Part shown: one piece after another, positions 47,401 to 59,924 of the stretch
Layout: every line of letters begins with the position of its first letter
Numbering within the stretch: the stretch's first letter is position 1
From: Isurus oxyrinchus
Lineage: Eukaryota
Direction: 5' to 3'
Assembly: GCA_026770705.1 (NCBI GenBank)
Contig: JANJGN010000009.1
Coordinates: 164,424,001 to 164,488,000, forward strand
DNA length: 64,000 nucleotides
Made by a program: the position numbers and the translations under genes
Notes under the pieces: generated by a model
Seen by the model: only the letters and a program-made list of their open reading frames with translations
Database searches by the model: none
What the model was told of the DNA's origin: nothing

Positions 47401-50400
47401 TAGCGTGCAACGAAAGGTATACTCAGGTCTCTTTCCTGTATAACAGGTCTAGAGTTAGGTACAATTGCATCCGGCTTCAGAAATTCACCCTTCCATGTTG
47501 AGCATTTTCACCACAGTCACAATGGACAGAAAGAATTTACCAGACTTAGACCCACACACCTCCGAAATATTAAATTAAGGGTTTAGAATGAGCAGGAGTT
47601 GAACACAGGAGCCTTCAACGATTACATTGGACTTTATGACTATAATCTGTTCATACTTTAAAGAACAGAAAATATTTTTGACATTTTCAACGTTTGACTA
47701 ATTTTATTATATTTTGTGCAATGAAAGATGTTCTCTTTTTCAGCATTTTGAACTTTTAATGACTCTTTTGCCCCCATTTACCAACAGATTCATGGAAACC
47801 AGCTCGACCAGAGATCAGTGGTGTAAGGGGAAATATCGCCACTGTACCATGTCTGTACACGGACAAGGAGATACATTATAAGAAATTCTTGTGCAAAGTA
47901 ACCTCTGTAAACAAATGCACTATTATTGCCAGCTCTGATGGGAATATAGGAAATCTGTATTTTGGGAGTGTTTCAATCATTACTAATAATTCTCATGATC
48001 TTACCATTACCATAAGCAACATTAGTAAAGGAGATGAAGGAGAATACTGGTGTGGAGCAGTAAATGTAGTTGACATAAAGATTGTTCAGGTAAAAAACCT
48101 GACAATTTCTGAAGGTAAGAACCAATTTAAATTATTATAATTCAGTCGGCATTGCATAGAATTCAGAACAGAGATAATTGGTCAAATGCCGGTGTTAATG
48201 CTTCACCTGAGGCCCCTCCTACTCACCCTTTATCTCTCCCTTTCAGTGTATCCTTCTGTTCATTTCTGCCTCAATGTGTTGATCTAGCTTTCCCTTAAAA
48301 GCACCTATGATTTTTATTTTTGCCTCAACTACTCCTTGTGGTGGCGAATTCCACATTTAACAAGCTCTACATTCTAATAATTCTCTGAGTAAAGAAGAAT
48401 GTCCTTCCTGAGTTCTTTATTGGATACTTTGGAGATTATCTTAGATTTAAGACCCTTAGTTTCTGTCATAAGTGGAAACATCTCTATGGGCAGAGCCTTT
48501 GGCTCGGGGCCTGCTCACCGAGGCATAAGATGACGCAGGGGTAATGTCGGGCGTCTGTCCCAATGTCACCGCGCGTCGCTTAGATTTTCAGTTCAGCGAG
48601 CGTGCAGCCGACTCAGCTGCGTGCCCCCCGAACTGTTAAAGGCCTACTCAGGCCTGTTAAAAAGCATTTAAGTCCATCAGCTGAACTGCCTGTCCAACCT
48701 TAAGGCTGGCAGGGGGGCAGGTGAAGAGCCCAGGCGGCCTTCGCATTTTTCATGGAACCTCATCCACCGGCGGGACGAGGTTTCATGAACGATTTAAAAT
48801 TTTCAGAAAAACTTTTATTAAAATGAACGCACAGGTCCCAGCTCATGTGACAGTTTCACACACGAGGGGACGTGTCATAAAATTTTTTACAGCACCTTAT
48901 TAGACGGTTTAAACTTTAAAACTAATCTCCCTGAGGCACCTCTGTGCGCCCCTGGCATTTTCCTGGAGTTGGGCCGCAATCCCCTCACCCCCTCCCCTCG
49001 CACCGAGGCCGGAGCCCAGCAGCTACTTGAAGGCGATCTCCTGGCAGCGGGTGGAGGGCCAATAGGGCCTCCTCTCAATCCCCCCACGAAAGAGCCACAG
49101 CCACAGTCACAATCGTTCCTGTCGAGGAGACCCCCCCCCCCCCCCCGCCCCCCTCCACAGTGACAGCCCTAACACATAGGGGCTTTCTTTCATGTCAATC
49201 TCCCAGGCTTCCGAGAGCACCTGCATTTTCAAACTCCCTCTCAGCACCCCACCACCTCGCGCACCCGCACCCCACCCCCCCCACCCCCCCCCCCCCACCA
49301 CCACTACCCCTGCCTGCCTTTTCCACCACTAACTGAATCCACCTTTTTCTCAGCTCCCTTTTCGCAAGGTTACATGACAATTAAAGACAAAGTACTCCAT
49401 TCGACCAACCTCCCTTCACCCATTCAGAATCTGACCAGTTGGCCTCAGGTACTGAAACAGCCAGTGTTCAGAATGAATATAACATGTCCCCTCTGCCACA
49501 TAACTGCCTGCTGCCCCCCACCCCACCCCCACCCCCACCACCACCACACCACACCCCACCACAGAACCCCCACCACAGAACCCCCATCCCACCACCCCCA
49601 CACCAAATAAACCCTGCCCCCCCCCCCGCGTTTGCTTTCTTAAGTGCTATGTAATGGAGATAGAAGTTATGTTGTATTGGGATTGATTATCAATTACTCA
49701 TTGAATTATTCAATCATGTTTACTTACAAAATTAGGAAATCCAACAGTATTCAGCGATGCCCCAAGGTAAGATTTTAATAATTGTCTTGAAATAACAACT
49801 TTTAGTCATTCTGATTGAAGTCATAGCTAATAGAAGGTACTGCTGTCCTCACATTACATGCTGAACAATGGTCCAACTTTAATACTACCACAAGCCACAC
49901 AGCTGCCTTTTGGTGCCATACTTGTCCTCATATGCTTCTGCTATTAATTGTCTTCGCATTCGATACAAACAACATCAAAGCCAGGGAGCAAAATTGTCAC
50001 ACGACCTGCCAGCAATCATTCAGATGGCGATAATATGTGAGCTATGCATTACCACTTTGTACTGATCTCCCTTCCCAACTTCAGTGTTTTATTCATTCAC
50101 TGGATGTGGGCACTGCTGGCTAGGCCAGCGTTCATTGCCCATCCCTAATTGGCCTTGTGAAGGGGCTGGTGAGCAGCCATCTCGCACCACAGCTGTCCAA
50201 GTAGTGTAGGGTATTCCCATAGTATTGTTAGGAAGGGAATTCCAGGATTTTGACACAGCAACGATGAAGGAACCTTGATATGTTTCCAAGTCAGTTAAGT
50301 GTGGGACTTGGAAGTGCACCTACAGGTGGTGGTGCTCCCTTTGTCCTTCTAGGTGGTAGAGGTCGCGGGTTTGGAAGGTGCTGTTGAAGAAGCCTTGGCA

Positions 50401-53400
50401 AGTTGCTGTGGTGCGTCCTCAACAGCGAGAGATGATCTCGCCAGAACATAGCTCACCTTACATCTTAGGGATAATTACATTAAAAACCGATTCCTAATTT
50501 TAGTTCACAATCTGCTACCTGGTGGAGACATTTTCCCTTGTTTTATTGTGTACACAGTCTTAATTTCATCTACTCCACTTCAATCTTTTAGAGATATCAC
50601 CCCACAAACGTGGTACATCATCCTCACAGTTGTTCCAGGACTATTAATCTTATTGCTGCTGGTTCTGTTTATATTGAGAAAGAAAAGGCTGAGACCAGCC
50701 AAAGCTGAGGGTGAGTAGCCAAGGAAACATTTTTTCTGCAATAAATATGCAAGTTGCTTGGTAGAATAGTGCAATAATAAAATGTTGATGTAAACTTTCG
50801 AATCGGAAGTAGAAGGGGCTAAATTTTCTCAGTTCCCATGAGGCGAGTTAGGAGGCTAGAATGGGAGCAAAGGTACAAAATAATGCGTTGGGTTGGCTAC
50901 CAGAATGGTTCCCGCCTCCGAGTGATCTTTCCGAGCCAAATCAATGTGGCGAAGGCTACCCTCGCAGTGGCAGCAGGGAGCTAGTTAGGCCCATTAATGG
51001 GACAACTGGGGAGTGGGTGATAGCGTCGTTGGTATCTTCTTGATTGCAGACAGGACCCCCAGCTGAGGCCCAAGCCTGACAAGCAACTGGAAGTGGCCTC
51101 CTGGCGGGAGGGCTGGAGGTAAGCAATGCCGCCACTCAATCAAGCCAGCACAGACTTGCCAGAATTCACTGGCCACAGCCGCAGTCACAGGTCACCCTGC
51201 GGAGGGTATCCTCGCCATAATGATGGCCACACAGCTTGTGGCCAGGTGCCATTTTTAATTTTTCCCAACACCGCAGGCGGCACCTCCATTTTGAGGCGCC
51301 CTCATGGTCTCCTGCCTGTCTCAGTGGTGCCAAATCTCCTGGCGGATTTGCCTTCCAGAAACTGCGGAGGGGCATCCCATTGAGCCTCCCACTTCCATAA
51401 TCTGCCTGCCGTCCTTCACTGAGCCAGGATTCCAGCAGTGGCTTCGTAATTTGCCGCCTCTCCGAAGATCACAAGTGACCGAGGCCTCTCCCAGGGTCCT
51501 GAGCCGGAATTGAGGCTGACACCCAACCCGGAAAATACAGTCCTTGGACTAGGGGTTAGACCACCTATCCCCTCCAGCCGAACCAGTTTTGTCACTGTTT
51601 ACTTGAGATATAATCAATATAAAAGATAATGACAACGACAGTAAATAAAGCAGGCTTTCCATTCTGATACATGGGATCCAGGCAGGAGGGGAACTCCACT
51701 GAAATTTGTCATCCAGTGGAATATAATTTTACAGAAGATCCTGAGTCATTTCTTACCACAGTAGCAGAATTTGCAATAAATCCAATGCGTGGACTACGTT
51801 ACTGACACTCAAATCCTTCACTTTCTCTCTCCCTTTCCTTCTATTCTGAAGACACTGATGCTTTGTTAAAAGACAATTGCACAGCTGCCACTTGTCCCTT
51901 AGCACCTTGGCCAATTGGCCATTTTTCGCACTAGACTAGGCAGTGATTATGGGAGGCTATTCAACTGCAGTAGGTATCCTAGTGAAGCTTCTCACCCAAT
52001 GTCCACGAGCAGAACTTCCAGCAGAAATTCCTGGATGGCCTCCAGGGCCAGGAATTCTGTCCGATTCTTCTCTCCCTATGTCTGGGGTGCTGAAGCCCCA
52101 CCACAGATGCTTCTAAGATTAACTAATGCACAAAAGTGCAAGGAATAAAGCCAAGTTTACACAGCTCAGCATCTCACTATCTTAACTTGTTCAACCATTG
52201 AAATAGCAGCTGAATCTTGTGGTTTTACTTATTTATTCTTGGGATATGGGTGACGCTGGCAAGGCCAACATTTACTACCCATCCCTAATTGCCTTTGAGA
52301 AGGTGGTAGCGAACCACGTTCTTGAACCTTTGCAGTCCATGTGATGCGGGTACATCCACGGTGCTGTTGGGGAGGGAGTTCCAGGATTTTGACCCAGCCA
52401 CAGTGAAGGAACAGCGATATATTTCCAAGTCAGGATGGTGTGTTACTTGGGGAGAACCTGTAGGTGGTTGTGCTCCCATGCATTACTGTTCTAGCCCTTC
52501 TAGGTGGTAGAGGTTTGAAAGCTACTGTGAAAGGGGCCTTGGTGGTTGCTGCTGTGCAGCTTATAGATGATGCACATAACTGGCACTGTGCCCTAGAGGT
52601 GGACAAAGTGAATGCTTAATCATCATCATCATATGAATGTTATGGCTGAAAATTGTTCTGCAATCCACCTTCCATGATCCTTTATAAAAAGTTTCACAAA
52701 GGTTGAAACTGTTAAACTTTAAATATTATAAGTAAATTCATTATTCTACACACACGGCATTTTTGAATAGCACCCACTGTCTATCACTGAAGGCTGTGAT
52801 CTGATCTTGTAGATTCTGATCAAACTTTTGAATCCTTTTCGTAGCTTATGACATAGTTGGAGCCTCTAGCTTGCAAGATATAAAATTGCATTGGAAAGCA
52901 GTGAAAAACTCTTTGAGTTAGTGCGATATCCCACAACGCTTTCGGAAATATTACTTGTACGTTACTCATCACCCATCTGGGGGTGAAGTTATTTGGAGAA
53001 GTAGTAATCCATTAGTCAGGTTGAAAGGCAGCACAAGTCAAAGAGGTACTGCAAGTGTACTATGCTCAACTCAGTTGTTATCTGTCATGTGGTTAACAAG
53101 TACCTGTCATGTGGTTAGGAAGTAACTTCCTATAGTAGATTTAAAGAGCGTGTGGGCGGGCGGGTGAAAATGTGAAACTGCGAGTAGGGTTGAGGTTCTT
53201 GCAGTGATTTCTATTTCAGATAAGACTAGAACAAAGCTACTGCTGGTCAAAATGAATGAGCACATTCTTATTGTAAGTGAATCACATTTTATTTGTTTTA
53301 CAGGTAAAAATGAAAATCCAGAATCCCCCACCCTGACCAGTAAGGTAAGAATGGAAGGTATTTTAGGATAATGATATTGTTCAACTTCTCTTATTTTGCA

Positions 53401-56400
53401 ATTATTTAACACAATACTTTATTTCCTAAATAAGTTCCAAATTCCCTAAAGTACTCATCTGACATTATATAAATTGGTTTTCAACACCACCAGCTGCGAG
53501 TTCCCACTCTAAACCACTCACCATCCTGACTTGGTATCGTATCGCTGCTCTTTTATTGTCGCTGGGTCAGAATCCTGGAACTCCCTCCTAACAGCACCAT
53601 GGGTGTACCTACACCACATGGGCTGCAGCGGTTCAAGAAGGCAGCTCACCACCACCTTCTCAAGGGCAATTAGGTATGGGCAACAAACACTGGCCTAGTC
53701 AGCAACACACGCATTCCTTGAAAAAATAAAGATTTTGACAAGGTGCTACATGACGGACTCCTTAATTATTTTTTAATTCATTCATGGGATGTCGGTGCCA
53801 CTGGCTAGGCCAGCATTTATTGCCCATCCCTAATTGCCCTTGAGGGGGTGGTGGTGAGCTACCTATTGAACCTCTGGTGCTGTTAGGGAGTTCCAGGATT
53901 TTGACCCAGCGACAGTGAAGGAATGGCGATATATTTCCAAGTCAGGATGGTGAGTGGCTTGGAGGGGAACTTCCAGGTGGTGGTGTTCCCATCTATCTGC
54001 TGCCCTTGTCCTTCTAGATGGTAATGGTCATGGGTTTGGAAGATGCTGTCTAAGGAGCCTTGGTGAGTTTAATAAAATACAGACCCATGGTATCAGTGGA
54101 TAAATCTTGGGTCAGGTGTAGAATTAATCGCATCCTCATAAACAGAAGGCTATTATTACTGGCAATGGAGACCAGTTATTCATGGAATTCTGCTGTGTTT
54201 GGTGATAGAGATGGAAAGAGAAACCACTTCATCTGTGATGAAGGTATTGAGGGAAATTAATTTACAGATGATACAAAGCAGATACAGCAGGTTATTTGGG
54301 TGGGAAATAGATTACAAGCAAATCTAAAAGTCACAGAGAAATGGGCCCACTATGACAGATGTAATTTAATAGGCATCAATGATTTAATATGGGTAGGGTT
54401 CACATCAAGCATGGGTACATTATGTGGAAATTTAAGTCTGCCGAGTGAGAGAAGGAGCTAGCAAAAGTAGGCAGATTACTATGGTGTATTGCCAGGATGA
54501 TCCAGGGGAGATGATGGCGTAGTGGGAATGTCACTGAACTAGTAATCCAGAGGCCCAGGCTAATACTCTGGGGACACGGATTCAAGTAATTCATTTCAAT
54601 AATTTGGAATTTAATGCTAGTATCAATAATAATGACCATGAAACTATCAGCGATTATCATTAAAAACCCATCTGGTTCACTAAATGACCTTTAGGCAAGG
54701 AAATCGGTCATCCTTACCTGGTCTGGCCTACATGTGACTCCAGACCCCAACAATGTGGTTGACTCTTAACTGCCCTCTGAAATGCCCTAGCAAGCCATTC
54801 AGTTCAAAGGCAATTAGAGATGGGCAACAAATGCTGGCCTTGCCAGTGGCGCCCACATCCCATGAAAGAATAAAGAAAAAAAATGATCAGGTACAAAATT
54901 TAAAATAAAGTATCATCCTTACCTAGACCCCATCTGAATAGAATACTGTGTCTAATGTTGGTTCACTCATATGTTAGGTTAGGGCATTGCCCTAGAAAAG
55001 GTTGATATTGGTATAAAGATCCTTAGATACAATGGGCTGGGACTTTTTAACTCTAGAAAATGAATTCAATGGGGAGATTAGATGGTGGTCTTTTAAAATA
55101 ATGTAGATCAGCCATTTGAGTTATATAGATTAAGAAAGATCAAGCGATATGAGTAAAAGTTACATAAGGTTAGATGCCAGAAGGCATTTGAGAATCATTG
55201 CCCTATGGGACAAGATGTAGGCTCATTCAGTGAGATAGATTGGCTGCAAATGTGCAAAAGAGAACTGAATCATTTCCTAACTGTAAGCTGATATGATAAT
55301 CGATAAAAGGAAAGTATTGTATTCCAGTCACTGTGATCTCCTGCATCTTGTTAGGTTGTCTTGGGGATTAGAGGAATTTCCCAGGGCATTTTTTCTTAAA
55401 TTGGCCTTAGGCTCTTCCATGAAAAGCAAAGGAAGCAAGGGGGAGACTGCATGACAGTCTGGCTCAGGCTTAATGGGCCTATTGTTATTTATGAATGTTT
55501 GTACATGTATAACTATACATCTGTCTTGTCAACATATGCGTTCATCATCCTCCTCTAAACCATTCTGTCCAATTTTGCATCAGCCTCTGCCAATTGTTGC
55601 TTCTTCCTTTCCTTCTACTCAAAAAAATATGCTACAGAAAAGTAGCTACAGTATGCACTTGCCAATACAACTTTAATAGATTAATCTTGAGGTCATGGAA
55701 GTTTCCAACTTTGCTGTAATCAGCTTGTGCTTAGCAAGTTTAAGGTTTGGGTAAGTGAGAAATGTCATTTCACATCTAGCATTTAGTTTTGCAATAACCA
55801 GGACTTCTATTGATACATTCATTACACACTGAATAAAAACTGATGTTGATACATGCATCATATTAGAGATAGAGAAGAGATACAGATCTAGTGTTACTGA
55901 TCTGGTTGCAGCAATGATTAGAGTTGCAAGCTAAATGTATTTGCACAGCTGATCTTGCTGCTTAATGCCAGCTTCTTTGCTGGACACCAGTTTTAACTGT
56001 ACATTCATGAAGTGAAGCAAGAGGTTAGGATGAGACGAATGTGGCACTCCTGAAAGGGGTGTACTGTTTAATGAAAGGTAAATGATGCAAATATACACTC
56101 ACCTACCATAACGTGGTAATGGCACTTGTAGTACTCAGCCAACCCAACACCCCAGCTCCTTCACTTCAAGATGTATCATTGCAACAGCATTTTGTTTACA
56201 AAAATAAAGAGAGCAGTATAGTTTCTAACTCAGACTTGTTCATAGTAAACTGTGAAATCTCCAATCTTTTAATGATTTCAATCATTTAAAATTAGTAAGC
56301 GGTCAAAATACTCGAGAAGAGGTCCATATCGATCCACTTGTGTGAAAAGATAGGTATAACCTAAATTATGTTGGAAATGCTAAATATCAGAGTCAGCAAA

Positions 56401-57401
56401 TATATGCATGAACCAAATCTAAGCATCCATTTATGATTAAGTTTTAGTAAAAGGGTCAATTATCTTTAATTCTTGGCATTCAGATGAGCTGGTAAGGACT
56501 GCATTTATTTCCCATCCCTAATTACCCTTGAGAAGGTGGTGGTGAACTGCCTCTTGAACTGCTGCAGTCCATGTGGTGTTGGTACACCCATGGTGCTGTT
56601 AGGGAGGGAGTTCCAGGATTTTGACCCAGTGATAGTGAAGGAATGACAATATAATTTCAAATCATGATTCATTTCAAATCTTGGAAGGGGAACTTGCAGG
56701 TGGTGGCGTTCCCATGCGTTTGCTGCTCGTGCTTCTAGCTGATTTGGAAGATGCTGTCGAAAGAGCCTCGGTAAGTCGGGACAGTGTGTCCTGTGGATGG
56801 TACACGCTGCTGCCACACTGCATCGATAACGGAGCAAATGAATATTTAACATGGTGTATGGAGTCCCAATCGAGTAGGCTACTTTTGGATGGTGTTGAGT
56901 TTCCTCAAGTGTTTCTGGAGCTGCAATCATCCAAGCAAGTGAAGAGTATTCCATCACACTCCTGACTTATACCCACAGGTAATGGACAGTCTTTAGGGAG
57001 TCAGGAGGTGAGCTACTCACTGCAGAATTCCCAGACTTTAACTTGCTGGTGTAGCTACAGTATGTATATGGCTGGTCCAGTTAAGTTCCTGGTCAATGGT
57101 AAGACACAGGATGTTGATAGTGGGGTAATGTCATATGAATGTCAAAAACATATGTATATATATTTATATTTATTTACTTGTTCACTTTTAGACAGCTACA
57201 AGCACAAATTATGTATTTTAGTTTGACAGGGAAGCTGAAGACATGGTCATTTATTCCACCGTGACCATTGAACCTTCTGATCAAACAAAGGGAAATTCTA
57301 CCACTTACGCCAATCTGGAGGGTTTGAAAGAGCAACAGGGCAGCATCAAGATCAGTTCTTCAGAAACAGTGGAATATTCCGCACTGGCGTTCAGATCCTA
57401 G
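41383..57401 (+). CDS. Gene C: two-Ig-V-domain pIgR-like/CD300-like inhibitory receptor, 355 aa; join(41383..41422,44138..44467,47788..48114,49736..49766,50592..50710,53304..53344,57222..57401)
   Basis: Seven exons with GT/AG boundaries and consistent phases (1,1,1,2,1,0), 1068 nt open to TAG. Leader, two V domains each with a C-x7-C extra disulfide, short stalk, TM, and tail with VIYSTV, TTYANL and VEYSAL. Confidence 0.88.
42196..42731 (+). mobile_element. Possible solo LTR hosting the V-SINE
   Basis: TGTAG..CCAACA termini, internal AATAAA, flanks atgct/atgtt (5-bp TSD with one mismatch). Confidence 0.45.
42404..42663 (+). mobile_element. V-SINE/HE1-like tRNA-derived SINE with a 10-bp TSD
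   Basis: A box cacagtggttagcact, B box ggttcaattc, V-domain-like gtggagcttgcacgttctccc. TSD TTAACCTACA at 42394-42403 and 42664-42673. Confidence 0.8.
42961..43137. repeat. Short fold-back PLE pLTR unit, 10-bp TSD
   Basis: TAATAATCAA at 42951-42960 and 43138-43147; inverted arms centred at ~43097. Confidence 0.78.
43310..43995 (+). mobile_element. Decayed CR1 3' fragment
   Basis: tcagctggagtactgagttcaattctgggcacc; ORF YVDRLEKLGLLSLGQRRLKENRIEVLK; NVVMIWNTPP. Confidence 0.7.
44138..44467 (+). CDS. Gene C exon 2, Ig V domain 1
   Basis: ccaacag|CT..TCCG|gtaaga, 330 nt; GETITVEC..IIWCKATSKTNC..SVTIQQLQEKDTGTYWC. Confidence 0.93.
44720..45060 (-). mobile_element. LINE 3' fragment, same family
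   Basis: gcccatccctaattgcccttgagaag..ttccaggattttgacccag signature. Further copies at ~50085-50420, 52230-52620 and 60170-60400. Confidence 0.7.
45316..45536. repeat. Short fold-back PLE pLTR unit, 15-bp TSD
   Basis: AGGCCTTGGAATAAA at 45301-45315 and 45537-45551; ~90-bp inverted arms centred at ~45447. Confidence 0.82.
46330..46575. repeat. C/T-rich low-complexity tract
   Basis: Polypyrimidine and C runs that account for the Pro/Ser-rich spurious ORFs. Similar C-rich tracts at 49130-49630 and a G-rich tract at 529-601. Confidence 0.7.
47788..48114 (+). CDS. Gene C exon 3, Ig V domain 2
   Basis: ccaacag|AT..GAAG|gtaaga, 327 nt; GVRGNIATVPCLY..KKFLCKVTSVNKC..LTITISNISKGDEGEYWCG. Confidence 0.93.
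48488..48960. mobile_element. Harbinger-type MITE, same family as 4559-5092
   Basis: Shares atgacgc..tgtcgggcg, gaagagccca.g.ggcctt, aacctcatcca and taatctccctga blocks with 4559-5000. Confidence 0.65.
49736..49766 (+). CDS. Gene C exon 4, short stalk
   Basis: aaattag|GA..CCAAG|gtaaga, 31 nt, phase 1 to 2 as needed to join the Ig2 and TM exons; GNPTVFSDAPR. Confidence 0.7.
50592..50710 (+). CDS. Gene C exon 5, transmembrane (uncharged)
   Basis: cttttag|A..GAGG|gtgagt; DITPQTWYIILTVVPGLLILLLLVLFILRKKRLRPAKAE. Confidence 0.9.
53304..53344 (+). CDS. Gene C exon 6, short cytoplasmic exon
   Basis: ttttacag|GT..AAG|gtaaga, 41 nt, phase 1 to 0; GKNENPESPTLTSK. Confidence 0.78.
53490..54068. mobile_element. 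Two LINE 3' fragments in tail-to-tail inverted orientation
   Basis: 53490-53730 (+) and 53770-54068 (-) are reverse complements over ~200 bp. Confidence 0.72.
54505..54880 (+). mobile_element. tRNA-derived SINE with a 3' tail shared with the LINE family above
   Basis: Head gatggcgtagtggg..gtcactgaactagtaatccagagg..ggattcaag; body aaacccatctggttcactaa..; tail caaaggcaattagagatgggcaacaaatgctggcc. Confidence 0.7.
56480..57145 (-). mobile_element. LINE 3' fragment, same family
   Basis: ORF 56505..56957: [29 protein letters not shown]. Confidence 0.75.
57222..57401 (+). CDS. Gene C exon 7, ITIM-bearing tail
   Basis: ttttag|TTT; FDREAEDMVIYSTVTIEPSDQTKGNSTTYANLEGLKEQQGSIKISSSETVEYSALAFRS*. Not in the ORF track. 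Confidence 0.88.
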   Translation, partial: FDREAEDMVIYSTVTIEPSDQTKGNSTTYANLEGLKEQQGSIKISSSETVEYSALAFRS

Positions 57402-59320
57402 TGAAATGACACCCCGAGTCCAAAACAGCACTCTATAAATATTGAAGCAAAACACTGCAGATGCCTTAAATCTGAAATAAAAACAAAACACTGGAAATAC
57501 TCAAGACGTCTGGCAGCAGCAGTGGAGTGAGAACCAGAGTTAAGAGCTGGAATTTTACATACCCTGGGAGAAAGCTGCCAGCTGGTGTAAAGTCAGGTAC
57601 CATGGCAGCAATGCCATGCCTGCCGCCACTGGTATTTTACCACCAGGGTGCAGGTGTCAGGTGGTCCACCTGCCCTTGAGCCAACTAAGGGGCTCCTCCC
57701 ACCACTGCCATTATTTTTCCAGCGGCAAGGGGGTTCTCAGGCCACGTGTTGAGGCCGCCAGTGACACCTGCTGGCCTCATTCCGGGCTGAGATGAGCACC
57801 CCTCCTGTGTGGGTACCTCATGCCTAATGGTGTACATCCCACTACCCCCTCCTGAACCCGGTCCGCCTGGCCCATCAATATCCCACCCATTTCTTAATCC
57901 ATATCCTTGACTCCTCCACATCGGGGAATGCCTGCAGTCCCAGCAGTGGCCACTGCTCTTGATATCCTGCTCCAACCAAGAACTGATAGCCATCCGACTG
58001 GTCAACATATCTCAGATGGGGGGGGTGGAAGTCTGACCTGAGACAATTAACAGCCTAAAAGCTGTCATATCAGCTCAGGTCAAGTAGATATGAGCTTAGC
58101 CCTGGCACCTGCAAAGGGGGGGGGGGGCGGGGGGGTGACTATATACCACCCTATATACAATTATTAAATTAATTACAGGAAATAAGATGCACGGCAGAGA
58201 TCAATTAAAACCGTTTTCAGCTGAGTCTGAATACACTGAAATTTTCACTTGAATTCTCTATGCTCAACAGGACAGGGTTATTGCATATGGAAATACACAA
58301 GAGCAGTCCAGTGTGCCCTCTTAAGTGAAAAAGCAGCCTCTGGTTGATGACTGCCCTTGCTAAACTGAGATCAGAGCGTGGAGAATCTCAGCCTAAAACC
58401 CGTGACTTTGCTGCCGAGAATGAAAGATTTATCTGTTCCACCTCTCAAACTGCTATTCCATCTCAAATACTACAAATCAATTGGTCTTTCAACTTCTGGC
58501 ATGCTCTTTGGAAGCGTGTGATTCTATGGCCTGGGACTACGTGTAATCCAAGCATGCAGCCATAAAACAACATTAAAATACAAAAATGCTGCGTTTACAT
58601 TAACAAGATGGCTTAACATGAATGGCATATAAAATTTACACTGGCTAGAGTCTAATGGATAAAAGAACGGACAGATGCTTTGTGCTGAGCAGGCTGACCT
58701 GAGTATTTTCAGCATTTTCTCAGCATCTGCAGTATTTTGCTTTTGCATCTATTTAATGTTATGTCCAATTTCATTCATTAATCAGATAGAACCCCACACA
58801 AAACATTTAAAATATTAGCTTTTGCACATGAAAATAATCTTGACTATTATTTTGATAAGATTATACCTTGTGAAAATATTTCTGAATAAACTTTTTTGCA
58901 CCATTTTATTCTTGCTCATCTTTATGCATGGTAGGGTTTCACTGAACTAGCTGGGAATGTTGTCAAAGTGGTTTCTAAAGTCAGTCAAAGGCTTTGGGAA
59001 TCTTTCCAATTCCAGCTAAGCCTTCCTTCTGTAACAGAGAAGCAGGCAGACTATTACCTGACTATTTTCAATGTGACAGCTTGGAGGAACAAACCCTGGA
59101 CAACTAAATAAATCCAGCTGTAGTAGGATCTTTGAATGATGCTGCCTTTCTTGGGGCTATTTGGAAAGTCAAGAAAGTTGTGTCTTCTGATCTTGGTAAG
59201 AACAATAGGAATGGATGGGGTATCATTTACCCTTCCAGCCCATGAAATGATATCAAGTCTCTCCGAATCGATTTATCGTGGTTGTTTCTAGTTCACTTTA
59301 TGCCCTTCATTTTGCAATGT

Positions 59321-59924
59321 TCTAAGTTGGTATTGGAAAAGGCTCGAGAATAAGTTTACTTTATATTTTGTTGGCACAAGGGTGAAACACATCTGATAAG
59401 GTTTTGGGGAGAAGAGACTTTCAGGGTTATGATGAATAGATGGATGGGTAAGTATGTTGTCACGGTATCTCACTAAGCAAGATGCTCTATAAGCATACTA
59501 ATGCCTGGTTTAAAATAATCTTACTATAAAGAGAAAAAAAGTTAAATGAAGGCAGGCTTCCCATGGCCATCTCATTCCTTCCTGCTTGTGCAACAGCCTT
59601 GATACATACAGGATGATGGCTCAATGGTAAGAATTGCGTGACTTGTGTCACAGAATGGCACATTACTTCAAACCTAAGATTTCTACATCACCAAAGCTTC
59701 AGAAGATAGCAAGCTTTTCCTACAGGGAGAAAATGGAGGGGATGGAGTAGCCAACACTGCCAAGAGTCCTAGTGACTGCGTCTAAGTTGGTATTGGAAAA
59801 GGCTCGAGAATAAGTTTGTTTTGTATTTTGTTGGCACAAGGGTGAAACACATCTGATAAGGTTTTGGGGAGAGAAGTGACTTTCAGGGTTATGGTGAATA
59901 GATGGATGGGGAAGTATGCTGTCA
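59321..59924 (+). repeat. ~142-bp dispersed direct repeat (two copies)
   Basis: 59321-59462 and 59781-59924 are near-identical (tctaagttggtattggaaaaggctcgagaataagttt..). Confidence 0.85.

Noticed and set aside
4211-48114. Rearranging Ig/TCR/IgNAR V segments
   Set aside because: Each V exon includes its own G strand and ends in a splice donor, with no heptamer/nonamer RSS after the YWC motif.
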